A stretch of 63,058 nt of DNA, counting the filler, from Bigelowiella natans CCMP2755 (Eukaryota; Protista; Cercozoa): NCBI GenBank assembly GCA_000320545.1. It is 6 parts of 6 records of this genome, joined end to end, with 100 filler letters (N's around TTAATTAATTAA, not from the genome) between each part and the next. Parts side by side here need not be neighbours in the genome. Positions count along the whole stretch, not along the records: positions 1 to 28,491 come from ADNK01003016.1; 5 more parts are not named here. One strand, given 5' to 3'. The position numbers were made by a program, and so were the translations under genes. The notes under the pieces were generated by a model that was not told the origin of the DNA, made no database searches, and saw only the letters and a program-made list of their open reading frames with translations. Positions 10,122 through 28,591 of the stretch are shown here, in pieces. Every line of letters starts with the position of its first letter. Within the stretch, counting starts at the first letter, position 1.

Positions 10122-13100
10122 ATGTCGGAAATTGGCGAGTCGGAGATCTCATCATTATTATCATCATTTTCTTATTTTTGGTGAAATATCATGCAGTCGC
10201 ATCCAAGAAAGAACCATTGTTTTTGGCGAAGTATCACGAAGTAGTCAGCAAGAAAGTACATGCCTTTATGAGATCGTTAGGAGATTATCGATGGATCTCT
10301 GGTTACACTCTTAAGATTTTTTGTCATGAGCAGGCTGAGCAGTCACTTTGGCATACACGTACTTCTTCGCGCCATGTCCCCTTGTAGAGGGGAAGGCCAA
10401 TCTCGTGAGGAAGAAGACCACAGCGTGAAGTCTTTACCCCGATAAGTCCTTATCTGCGATGATGACTCTTGTTTCAGGTTTGAGCAACCAAAAAGGAAGA
10501 GTGGAATATGTTCTGATGAGTGTGTTGATGATGATGATGTTCAAGAGTTTGTTCCGGAAGCAAAGCCTCTGATGAGTGTGTTGTTGGTGATGATGTTAAG
10601 AGTTGGTTCCGCAAGCAAAGCCTCTCCGGGAATTCCTTCAGGCCCAGCCCTTCTGCGTTCCCCTTGATCGACTTGTTCAAGAGCAAGGCCTGGAGGAAGA
10701 GGAGGATTTCTTGCAATTCTTGAAAGATACTGTTGTTGCACCATCACCGGAAGCTTCCTCATTCTGGAGTTCGCAGGTACTTGATTCCCCCCCTTCTTAC
10801 TTTGGTTATTGGAAACATAAACATTGTTTTCCTATCTCAAAGGAGGGGCCATTGTACAAAGAAGGGACCAATAAATTTTCGGAGGTATTATTAGCACAAT
10901 TAGGCTATCTCTCCCCCTGATCATAAGTCATATATTTAATTTTATCAGGGAATGTATATGATAGCAATGAGGTCAATAGATCAGTTGGTGGGGTCCAAAT
11001 CGGGCAATATTCTAGCAAAGGGCTTTCGAAGGTCAACATACATATATTCACGGTCTCTCTTCTCTCTCTCTGAGGTTGTGGTTTGCAGAATTGCAGAGGG
11101 AAAAAGCAGCGGTTCTCAACTCTTTCCATTCCTACAATCGGTCCAGAACAATGAGATGGTGATTGTGTTGTGTTTCATACTGCTGAGCCATTAGTAGCCT
11201 TCCTCACATTAATGGCTAAACTCATTAATCTTTTTGAAAGGTGCTACAGCTGTTGCAGAAGCCATGGGAGGTGAATAAGACCATAGTACGGATATATATG
11301 ACTTTGTTTCACTGGAAGTTCCTATAGGTGCTACTTAATCGGTTGGGAGACGGATTGATGGTTTTGCTGTTGACAAAATCACTTATATTTACTAAGCTGC
11401 CAAATAGATGCTTCCTCCAGGTCGTACTAGAGGTGGTTTTGAGTCGTCGTTAATCTATTGGACCAAAGTCAATTACAGATTCTTGAGTCATCGTTAATCT
11501 ATCGGACCAAAGTCAATTACTGATTCTCCCTGGTTTTTCAGATAGCTGGAGTGCCGGTTTCTAAATATCGTCAAGAGAACAGAAGCAGCATTTATGTCCC
11601 TTTGTCCAGCGAAACGGAGAATTTCCAAAATGATGGTCAAGACGCGTGTGAAGACAACCAAATAGGAGGTGGTTTGCAGATTGAAAAGAAGAGACCATCG
11701 CAGAATAAAAGCAATCATAACATTAAGTCTCTCAATAACATTTGGTAAGTCTCCACATCTCGTTTTGGTGCTATATTATTCCAACCTAGTAACCATTTTC
11801 TACTGCTACTACTCAGTTTAAATCGAATGTCACTTTTCTATGGACAATTTCACAATCACGGTCGCATCAATGTCGGCCTTCCTCCTAATGTGAGAATAAA
11901 TGAGCCTACTATTTGAACAATCTCAATATCGTTTGAAATCTCAACTAGCATATTTCCAAACTTAGCACATTCTCTGCCAATCAAATCCATCGCGAAACGG
12001 TGCCAAAAAGGTTGTTGCGACTGTATTGTCTCCATAGGTTGTTCGTATTAGTAACCTAATGGTAAATAATTAATACACGGATTTATTAGGTGATTGGTCG
12101 GATTATTTTCGATCTAACGCTAGACTAAATATTTAGGTGATTGGTCGGATTTTCGATCTAACGCTAGACCCTAAAGGCAGGCCGAAGCAACTTCCTCAAG
12201 TAGTACCAGCTTACTAGAATATCTTCCATTTCTTCATCCTCATCTCCAATGTTGTATTTGTCCAGAGGCTGAAACGGGCAATCGGACTATTCCAAAAAAT
12301 GATATCCAATCACCGCCACTGCCAATATGCGGGTATTTTTACGAGCTGTTGTGCGACAATGACACAACTACAATCATCACCACCAATACCACCACCATCC
12401 TCGACTGAGTCCTCCACGAAGAAGCTCCTCCCAGATTCCTCCTGTCCTACTTCCAACTCAAAAGTAGTAGTGGTAGTAGTAGTAGTAGTAGTAGTAGTAG
12501 TGATAGAAGTAGTAGTAGTAGTAGTAGTAATCATCTCACCTTGTTCGTCTTTGATTATTTTGGTCATCGCGGTATTATTTATGTGTGCTATTATTCTTAA
12601 TATTATTATTACAGCCTCCATGTTGTAGTTCCTTTGAGAGCGCATCAGGTATGTTCGAAAACCTTTCAATGAAAAACCTACTCAATCTCCACACACCACC
12701 GCAAAAAGTGGCAAGCTTCATAAGGGAAGTAATCATGAGGATCGTTCCAAAGCAGCTTTGGGGAGGCAAAGGAAACTTTAAAATCTTCCAGAAAACAATA
12801 CACAAATTTTTGAATCTCGGGAGATACGAATCTCTAACAGTACACGAGATTATGCTTAACGTTAAGGTTGGCTCTACTATTTTCCTCATGCTTGAATTCA
12901 TTAATTGAGCAGCACTGAATACTACTTGAGAATGTAATGATGATCTTAGGTCACTACATTTGATTGCTTCAAAGCCGTACTATCGAATGCTGGTAAGGAA
13001 GAGGAGGAGGAGGAGGAGGAGGAGGAGGAGAGAAAGAAGCTATCACAGCAGGCAGCAGCAGCTCGGTATGCATGTATATATGCATGCAGTATAGCCCTTC

Positions 13101-13553
13101 TGAACATTGATTCAGGAATAGGATAATGATGATCATGGTTGTGACGATGATGATATGTTTTGATGTGTTTAAGGAATGCATCATCAACACGGAAGAAGAA
13201 GGAGAAGAAGAAGAAGAAGAAGAAGAAGAAGAAGAAGAAGCATGGAGCTAAGTCACATCGAGACTTAACGCAGGTGATGTGTGGTTGTTGACCCATCATA
13301 AGAGTGTCGAGTAGTAGTAGTAGTAGTAGTATAAGTAACACTGAGATTATCGAGTACACCACCAACTCGAACTACTTCAAATAATTAGTAGTAACACTGA
13401 GATTATCGAGTACACCACCAACTCGAACTTCAAATAAATTACTCACGTGTAGACCATAGTCGCTTGGATGAAATGGCTGATGGATGACTTGGTGTTGCCT
13501 CTTGTCCGGACCAACTTCTACTGCACAGAGGGGATGTAAGGATGGAACTGTAT

Positions 13554-13587
<34 letters not shown>

Positions 13588-14112
13588 CTCACACCGCATC
13601 TGTCTAGGTGTTCTTCTGCTGTCAGAATAAAAGCATCCTATAATAATACTACGTTTGTTCTTTAGGCCGGACAAAATGAAGGTGCTCTACTACCCTCGCC
13701 AAGTGTGGCAACAGATCCAGCGAATGTGATGATTAATACTTAATAATAATAATGATACAGTTAATACTTTCCCCTAAACTGCGTACTTCATAATAATGCA
13801 GATACAGTTAATACTTTCCCCTAAACTGCGTACTCCATAATAATGCAGATACAGTTAATACTTTCCCCTAAAATGCGTACTCCGCCTCCCATCAATCCGT
13901 GATCTTGGCAGCCAACAGATGCTTGCATCCCTCCATCACCCTCCATCATTCCTTCATCATCCATCATTTGTAGGTACTGCAAACAAGGCAACCTAGGCTT
14001 GCAGCTGCTAACACCTGAGGAGAGTAGTTCGATCTTGCTCAATAAAAAGAAACGATGTTTGGGGTAGTAGTAATAGTAGTAGTAGTGGTAGTAGTATGTA
14101 GCCATGTATCAT

Positions 14113-14144
<32 letters not shown>

Positions 14145-14400
14145 ATATTTTATGACAATTCAGACCGTTATTAGTTATTAATATATTTGTGAGCAGCAGC
14201 TGCAATGTCGATAATTGGGTAGCGTTCTTGCTTTGCTCTGCTCTGCTCTACATATTTTAGGTTTGGGAAGCTAAGGTTACTGCCCCGGTTAAATGCAGGT
14301 ACGGTGAGGCCAATCACAAACATGAGATCACGGACAAGGTACTACTATGCTTTGCTCTCTCTTCTAGTCATTTGTCAGGAATGGATGATAAGATATGGTG

Positions 14401-14431
<31 letters not shown>

Positions 14432-14583
14432 ATCCTATAATATTCGTGATAAAAATACGCTGACGACCCAACACCATTGGCAACGAATATGATAGATTCA
14501 GCAGCGCTCTACATCAAAGATGCTCCAAGCATTTTCCAGAGGCGCTGGTACTACTACTACCACTACTACTACTAGTACTAGTG

Positions 14584-14614
<31 letters not shown>

Positions 14615-15837
14615 TGGTAGTGGTAGCGGTAGTATTAGCATCGAAACAGAACACCTTGTGGTTAATATATATCATGAGTAGTATCATATATTATGATTAT
14701 TATTTCAAGCGCTCAATAATCATGCTCTCTCACTCTTAGAAGACGACCGAGAACAAAAATGAAATGACTCCTCATGTGTCCTTGTTTCAAAGAGCTGGTG
14801 TTAAGCGTAAGCGTAAGGTACTGTATATATTCAATGATGATGATGATAATGGGAACAACCCCAATTGATGATGCTATCTCTCGTAAATACAATATCTGAC
14901 TTCTTATCTACCACAAAACAATGACGTAATAATAGGAAGCTGCTACCTGCTCAGAAGCTCCAAAGGAATTTTGGTCAGTCAACAGCGAACTACAAGACGT
15001 TTTTGAAGTCCTTAAGTTTGAGTACAAGGTTTGATTCATAAGCAGCCTGTTGTATATTAATAATAGGCATCATCATCACAGATAGTATCAATATGCTGGC
15101 CAACATACAAATATCATTATTTTTCTATCACTACTACAACTACTGCTACTACTGCTACTTTTCATAGAAGAACCCAGAGTTGCTTGGGGCATCGACTTTT
15201 GGATACGAAGACTTTCACCAAAGGTAAGAAGTTGTATGCCAACACATTACCAACAACAACAACAACAACAACAACCACCACCAGGAGCACTCACAGTCTT
15301 TTCGGCCACACACACACACACACAAACACACAAATATATGATGATTATCTTTTTGCAGATTATATTTGCATATATGTAGTTATGTGATTATTATCCTCCT
15401 TTGCAGATATTGGCAGTTTGTGACATCTGTTCGTAAGGAGCATTCAGCAAGGAGTTTGGGGGGGAAGAAGCTTCTTCTTCCTGAAAAAGTAGTCCCCGAG
15501 GTGTTTGGCGCCTCGTGTGATGTGAGCAAGTGCTTTGACACCATAAAAAAACAGAAACTTGTTCAGATCGTCTCAAAGGTTGTATAATATTGCTGAAATG
15601 ATACAAGTAATCTTATCTGCCAAACAATAATTGGGGAAGGGCTCTTAGTGTCATTGGGAAGAACTTACTATCAAATATATGAACAATAGGTTTTGAGATG
15701 CAGCAGCTATATTTTCCATCGTTTCTGTATCATGTAAGACCTCCTTCTCCATTCACACATTGCTGTGTTTTAATTTACTTTAGATGGTGATGATGATGAT
15801 GATGATGATGATGGTGATAATGAGACAGACAACTATC

Positions 15838-15881
<44 letters not shown>

Positions 15882-16334
15882 CATTAGATCCCCTGCTCCA
15901 TGGCAAAAATGCTCTGGTACTACTCGTTATAATAAGAACTTTAAAACGAACACAGTAAGAATCCCAAGGACTGAATTTTTGGAAGTACTGAAAAACACCT
16001 ATAACACTGCAAAAGCACAATAAATATCATCATCGTTGCCATGGCTTGATTTGCGATTATAAGTTCAATATTGCGATCTATACCTCTTAGTATTTTTATA
16101 TATCCTGTCTATTGCGATCCATACCTCTTAGTATTTTAATATTTCCTCCTGTCGTGAAGATTTTACTCTCAATCATGATCATAATGATGATGATGATGAT
16201 GATAGTGACAATGCTAAATGTAGACGGAATAAAGCTGCGAATCCAGTACTTGACGTTCGTGCAAACTCCCACTGAAACAGTGGACTTCATAGAACATGTC
16301 AGGACTCGTGCCAGTGCGTGCAAGCCAGGTACTG

Positions 16335-16366
<32 letters not shown>

Positions 16367-16434
16367 GTTACTTCTAGTAGGAGGTGGTGGTGGAGGCGGT
16401 GAAAAGATAGAATGCGAGAGAGGGTGTGGGAAAT

Positions 16435-16481
<47 letters not shown>

Positions 16482-18901
16482 TATTGCACTGAGCAGTAGG
16501 TTTCTCTGATCTGTTTCCTCTCTGTTCTTAGATCGTGTTGTGAGTTGGGTTGGTGATTATCATACTGTGAATAATGATAATCATAATAATAATCATAACA
16601 CTAGGTTCCATCGTCATAGATCTTGTGTACAAGCAACGACTAAGCAGAGAGCAGATCCTGGATCGAATTCAAACGCACATATACGCGAATGTTGTCAAAA
16701 TGGATTGCAGGTTCTACCGCCAACTGCATGGAATACCACAGGTGCTAGTAGTAGTAGAAGTAGTAGTAGTAGTTGTAATAGTAGAAGTAGTAGTAGTAGA
16801 AGTAGTAGTAGTAGTAGCTGTAATAGTGAGAGAAGGCTCTTTGTGGACAACAAGCACGTGCTAAAATGATAAATACACTACTTTGAAGCTGGGGCATTGA
16901 AAAGGAGGGGTAGAACGATAAGAGAATTTCTGAATCCAACCTACCACTTCTTAGGGTTCAGTCATCTCTGCTTTGCTATGCTGTTCATATCTTGGCGATT
17001 TCGAAAGAGAGTGCTTTGACTTTAAAGATCATAAGAGGAGGTTGAGAGGGGGGGTAAAGCGAAAGCACAATGCAGAATCAGCATCCGAAGATTATAACGC
17101 CGTTGATGCTGCTGCTGCTGCTTTAAAACGAGGAGGAGGAGGAGGAGGAGGAGGAGGAGGAGGAGGAGTAGTGAAGCGGCGGAAAAAGAGACGAAGGGGG
17201 GCAATATACAAACGGGTTGTGCGGCCTAGCAGCATTTACCAACGTTCGATGTCCGCATCATCCTCTTCAAAGGAAGGATCTGCGCCGTTATTATCATCAT
17301 CTAACCAAAAAGAAGTTGAACAAGTGACGGCAACGCATCATCGTCTAATGGTGAGACAAATGGATGACTATCTATTCCTGAGCACAGCAAGGGTGGAAGG
17401 TTCTACGTTCGTGAAAAAGATGCATCAAAGGCACCCATCTTATTGCATAAATGTAAATCGATCCAAGACTATAGTATCTGAGGAGGGACTTCTTCACATC
17501 GATGATCATGGTGATGATAATGATGATCATGATAATGATGATGGAAATAATGCAAAGGAATTCAAAAAGAAGACCTCAAGGTTTCTTCCTTGGAATGGCC
17601 TCTTGATCGATACCTACACATTGGAGGTAGTAAGAGTCTTATGAAGCAAAAGAATAGTTATGTAGTTTGAGCTCTAGTTTTTGAGTAAATACTGAAATCC
17701 TTGTTGTTTGTATCACCGACGTTTTATGTCGTGACTTAATCTTTCCTCCTCCCTCTTTAGGTTCGTGGAGATTATTCTCGATATTTGTCCTTCGATCTAC
17801 GATATACACTCACTGTGGAGGCTAGCAGGCAGCCTGGAGAAGCTCTATTGCAGGTGCTCACAGCGCTACTTATAAAAAGGACATATTTTGCCATCATTTC
17901 GGACCCCCACTGTAGAATCATCTTTTGTCGTGAATACATTACTTTACCTCTGTGTGTTATTATTATTTCCCAAGGCGACTAAAAGATTTATTTCTGTGTG
18001 TTATTATTGTTTCCCAAGGCGACTAACCGATTCGTGATTTCGAAGTGTCATCTCATCCTTCTTGATGGGTCAATAGTCAATAGTTTCTTCAGCTGCAATA
18101 GCAAGAATAAGTTTAACCACATTCTGATTACGATATTTCAATGCAGAAACATCAACACGAAGAGGACTGTGGTGCTCAATGTCTACCAGATGTGTGCGTT
18201 TGCTGGTATGTAATGATGATATGAGAAAAACCACCACAATGCACCTGAACCGCCCGAGAATATGTTCCTAAATCTCAGCTATCAAGATGATCGTGTACGC
18301 AAAAGCGGCGAAGATGGCACTTGTTAGTCATTCCCCCCTTTTACAAATTGGTCGCAAGTATGGAATGTTGACATTTTGGTGTCTCTTCCTTTTTCAGAAA
18401 CCTTCATTAGCAAAGAAGATTGCTAGGAGTGCAGTCCAACATCTCATGCAACGGATCAAGACTGTGTTCGAGTATGTTATCGTTGGAGAAACTCTCCGAT
18501 GTATTCTCTCGTAATCCTTAATTTCGTCGTTTTCATTTCTTAGACCACGCATAAGGGGCCAGCTCGGCCTGGATGAAGAGAGGCGGCCGTTTCTTCCCCT
18601 AGCCACTTATGAAAGTCTACCAAAAGGCTCTTTGTGCTCGATGACAAGAGATGAATTGCAGTTTTGTGGGGCATGCGCATTCCACAACGTCCTGGTTTCG
18701 AGGAAGATAAAGTTTCCGGAAGCAACTAAAGGTGAGCTACATGTATGATGTGGATCTCAACGCATGAATTTGGTTCTGTGCTCAGAGTTGGCCAAGTGGA
18801 AGAGCGATATTGTCCGTCGATTGGACGATGCAAAGGGTCTCAAGTTAAGCATTCGTGCAGCAATACATGCTAGTAGATTAATACTCAATATGTGCAAATG
18901 A
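10122..18901 (+). CDS. TERT: Telomerase reverse transcriptase catalytic subunit, many exons; 5' start uncertain (homology clear from about 10603), stop TGA 18899-18901
   Basis: TEN/GQ: GNILAKGFR; PWE|VLLNRLGDGLMVLLLTKSLIFTKLPNRCFLQ|IAGVP. CP: HRHCQYAGIFTSCC. QFP: VASFIREVIMRIVPKQLWGGKGNF...KFLNLGRYE. T motif NFYCTE (about 13513-13530) and YYPRQVW. Motifs 1/2: LRLLPR...VRPITNM. A: SCDVSKCFDTI. B': YRQLHGIPQ|GSVISALLC. C: LMVRQMDDYLFLS. E: FLPWNGLLIDTYTLEV|VRGDYSRY. CTE: VVLNVYQ and ELQFCGACAFHNVL. Confidence 0.95.
13753..13881. repeat. 47-bp tandem repeat, about 2.7 copies, in a TERT intron
   Basis: Unit gatacagttaatactttcccctaaactgcgtactycataataatgca repeats at about 13754, 13801 and 13848. 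Confidence 0.9.
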
Positions 18902-18969
18902 GATCATTTCGCGAAATGTTACCACATCGATCAAATGCAAACCTGTTGATTACTAAAGTAAGAATGTCC

Positions 18970-21300
18970 AGTTCAGTGTCTAGCACACTGTATCTTCTGC
19001 AGTTTTTGCAATTTGCATTGTCAATCATGATGGGAAAATATGAGGCTGGCTAGCTGGATGCAAATGAAAAGCAGACCCTAGAGACAAGGCATCTAATGCA
19101 AATGTTGCGTGCACATGCATGTGTCTAATGCCAGACAATGTGACGCACACTCTGCACATTCAAATGATGCGCACATGATGCTGTCTAGGCGTGGTGTGCG
19201 TGCAATGCTAGAATGGACACAACGTGCTGTGGCGCACATGTGTGCACCCTCCACCACTAATGGATGGACTGTGTGCATGAAATCCTGTGTGCACGTCGCG
19301 AATGCTGCACTGTAGCACTGTAACAATTTGCACGCACCCAAACTAGCAAAAGAATGTAGAAATGCAAGCCAGTGACAGTGATGAGTGTCCAATGAGCTGA
19401 TGATGATTGTGCTAGAAGTGCAGACCTGCAGACATGTGCGTCCGTGGTGTTGCCCATCAATTTTTTGGACACTTTTTTGTGTTGTGCATCGGCTGTCCAC
19501 ACTAGCTAGTTGGTGCAGCTCATTGTCACTTGCGATGTTGATCGTGCACATACAATTCTGCATTTTTTCCATCATTCTTGTTGTCAGTTTTTGGAAATCA
19601 AGTTTGTTTCAACAAGCATGGGACATGAACACACTGACATTGTGACCGCAAAGAAAGCGAGCAAGAGGTGTTTCAATTTTTGGTTCAATTGCCTTTGTTG
19701 TTTGGATTCTTCCTTTGAGCCCTTTGAGGAGAAAGAAGAATTGAAACGCAACAAGCAAAGATCACCAAAGAAGAAGCAGGGGGCTTGCTAGCTTGAAGGA
19801 AGAATTGCAAACAACAAGCGAGTGAACAAAGTGTTTCCAAAAAGCAAGTGGGAGGTTTGAAAGAAGAATGAAACAATGAGCTAGCAAGCGCCAGAGCGGG
19901 AAAATTGAAGATTGGCAAAGAAGGCCATTTTTCCAGCAACATTTCAATTTCTTCGCTCATTTTAGTTCTTCTTTGAGGCCCTCTTTTCACTTGGCGTATC
20001 AGCAGTTCAGCAGTCCGCTCGGTGGCCTTGATCGAAAATCCTGCCGCTGTGACAGTGATCACAAGACAATGGACTGGTCAAGCTAGCAAGCCCCACTAGC
20101 CCAGCTAGCCAGTCCAGTGGCAACCCACGCACTAGACGTCATTGGGTTCATTGGCCAGCCAGCCAGCTGAGCGCGTGTCAGAGTTCACCTCATCTGGTTC
20201 ATTTGCGAATGAGCTGCTCAAGCCCTTCCAGCCTTGCCAGCTTGGGCGGAGCCAATGACAATGCTGGAATGTGAGCTAGTGCACGTTGCAGCTTGTCACA
20301 CGACACGTGCTAGCGTGCTAGAACGTCTGGACCGTCGTGGGTTTGTTAGTTTGTGCATGGGAGCTCTTCGTTCAATGCTGCTGCTAGCAGGACAATTTGG
20401 CGATGCACAAGCACAGCTAGACCGTGCACAACTGGACAAGCTAGCAAGCGACAACACCCTGGATCCTGCCTTCTAGCCTTGCGCACTTGGTGCATCCACG
20501 CGAGCCCGAGCACAACGTGCTGGCAAAGAGGAAGGGCCCATGCTGGCATGCCAGCATGGGCCCATGCCAGCATGGACCAGTGGAAAGCACACTCTTTGAA
20601 TCGGTGCTTCACGGTCCAGGCGTGCGTCAGCCAGCACCGAAGATTGGATTGCGCCTCATCATGACCAGAACAATGGACATGGTGATGGCATGTGACATTG
20701 CGTGTCTACAATTAGACAAGGTGGACTGAATGACCTGATGAGAGCGTGCATCGCCCAATGAGAGTGCACAACGAGTGACGAAACATGCCAGGTGTTCAAA
20801 CCATTCCAGCATTCCAGCACTCTGGCACGTTGCAACGTTGAACATTGCCATTGCTGAACTGAACTGAGCATTGCCAGATTGAGCCAGCTAGCCAGTGACG
20901 CTGAACAACGTGCGCAAGAACCACGTGGGAGACGTGCACTTGTGAGCAACTGCGACTGCGAGCAAAAATCGCAACAGGACCTGTCAGCAGCGTGCACCCT
21001 CTGCTGGTCTGGCCCTGCTAGCCTGCTGGCCTGTTCTGGTGTTGGTGGTGATGTCAAAACTGGCTGGACTAGTGGTGTCAGCAGCTCCAGAGTTGGTTGA
21101 GACCATTGAACATTGAACATTGAATTGAGGATTGATGCAAATCCACACGTGCAAGAACCACGTGGGAAACAAGCGTTGCATGTGGTGGCGCCTGCAAACA
21201 AAAATGGGTCTGAATCCTGGACACGTGCATTTTTTTGCAATTGCGAAGAAACACTGAAAATTGGACCTACCATTTTGGCACAATTAACGACTGAGGACAA
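18970..21300. other. TpA-depleted, TG/CA- and CTAG-rich intergenic block, probably a heavily mutated repeat or pseudogene relic
   Basis: About 34 TpA in 19081-21240, of which about 22 are in CTAG. Six-frame ORFs are nearly Tyr-free and rich in Cys/His. Internal short repeats (gaaccacgtggga x2, attgaac tandem) and a 30-bp palindrome are present. No transposase or RT motif recognised. Confidence 0.7.
20534..20563. repeat. Perfect 30-bp palindrome gggcccatgctggca|tgccagcatgggccc
   Basis: The sequence equals its own reverse complement. Confidence 0.95.
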
Positions 21301-21676
21301 ATTCGAGCAAAAAAGTGCCTTGTTTTGCTAGATGAACGTGAGTTAACTAAATTTGGTACCGATCTCGCCAATGGCTGATCGGCCACTGTGGTGTCGAAAG
21401 GCCAATTTCGGCCTTCGTGAAATTAAATTCAAGGAATGCAATTCGCCTAAATCGAGCCATGGTCTAGAGTCAACGGTAGCCAAACGAAGCTGAAAAGTGA
21501 AAAGAGCCTTTACTACTTTAGGACGCTTTGCCTTTACGAGGAATTCCTATGCCGAGGTTTTTTCTGTCAATGGAAGCGAAATTCACAGTTTTTTGGCGAT
21601 TTTAGGGAAATTTCGATGGAAATTCGGTGCACAGTAGGAAAATCTTCGTGCAGTATCATCTGCGCAGATTAGGAAC

Positions 21677-27832
<6,156 letters not shown>

Positions 27833-28491
27833 ACAATCACGCACAATTATCTCCAAGCTTGCTTCTCACCCATAGCCCATTGACATGCTCATAACCAACG
27901 ACAATGCTACACAGACACGGCACACTGCAAACCGTAAGAGTATACATGTTACGTTAATGCTGATTCTCGTTAATTCATTTACCCACTCCTTGATGTTAAA
28001 ATATCATCATCATCATTATCATCATCATTCAGGAGGAGGCACCCATCAAATAATGATGGCTTCTATGATTCAAGCAGCGCATTCAACAGGGATGGTGGCT
28101 GCCACAGGTAGTGACTTGCTGCTGCTGCTGCTGCTTAGATATGTATATCACATCGTGTCATGGTAAGATAGAAATGCTACTGCCAACAGACATGTAGAAG
28201 TCCAAAACATTGTATGATTTTCTTTATTGCCTATTATCATTGTCATCATCGTGATGACAAGGATGATGAAACTAGGATGATGATTCGTAATATTCCCGCA
28301 AACATATTATATATGTTATCATTGTTATCATTACTATCAGGAGTAGTAGTAGTAGTAGTAGTAGTAGTAGAGCGACGATGTGATTGTTGCAGCAGAGATG
28401 GTGATGATGATGATGATGATGATGATGATGACAAGATTGCCTCTTCACTAAAATTCTTTCTTTTGAGGAGGGAGGGGAGGGGGGGGGGGGG

Positions 28492-28591
28492 NNNNNNNNN
28501 NNNNNNNNNNNNNNNNNNNNNNNNNNNNNNNNNNNTTAATTAATTAANNNNNNNNNNNNNNNNNNNNNNNNNNNNNNNNNNNNNNNNNNNN
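28492..28591. other. Artificial contig linker (N-run, TTAATTAATTAA, N-run); also at 40923-41022, 57536-57635, 58838-58937 and 60484-60583
   Basis: The same 100-nt construct with stops in all six frames occurs five times, and genes are cut at the junctions. Confidence 0.97.

Noticed and set aside
14260-17640. Reverse-transcriptase motifs as a retrotransposon or Penelope-like element
   Set aside because: TEN, CP, QFP, T and CTE motifs plus many spliceosomal introns identify TERT; no endonuclease, gag or LTR was seen.
18970-21300. Classical RIP or 5mCpG deamination as the cause of the TG/CA excess
   Set aside because: RIP would raise TpA, and CpG is still common here. A minor contribution from CpG decay cannot be excluded.
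19093-21331. Cys/His-rich ORFs as metal-binding proteins
   Set aside because: They overlap on both strands with no domain pattern. Loss of TAA and TAY codons through TpA depletion explains both ORF length and composition.
28492-28591. Recurrent TTAATTAATTAA flanked by N runs (five times)
   Set aside because: Artificial six-frame-stop contig linker. Gene adjacency and GC shifts across these joins are not evidence of linkage.
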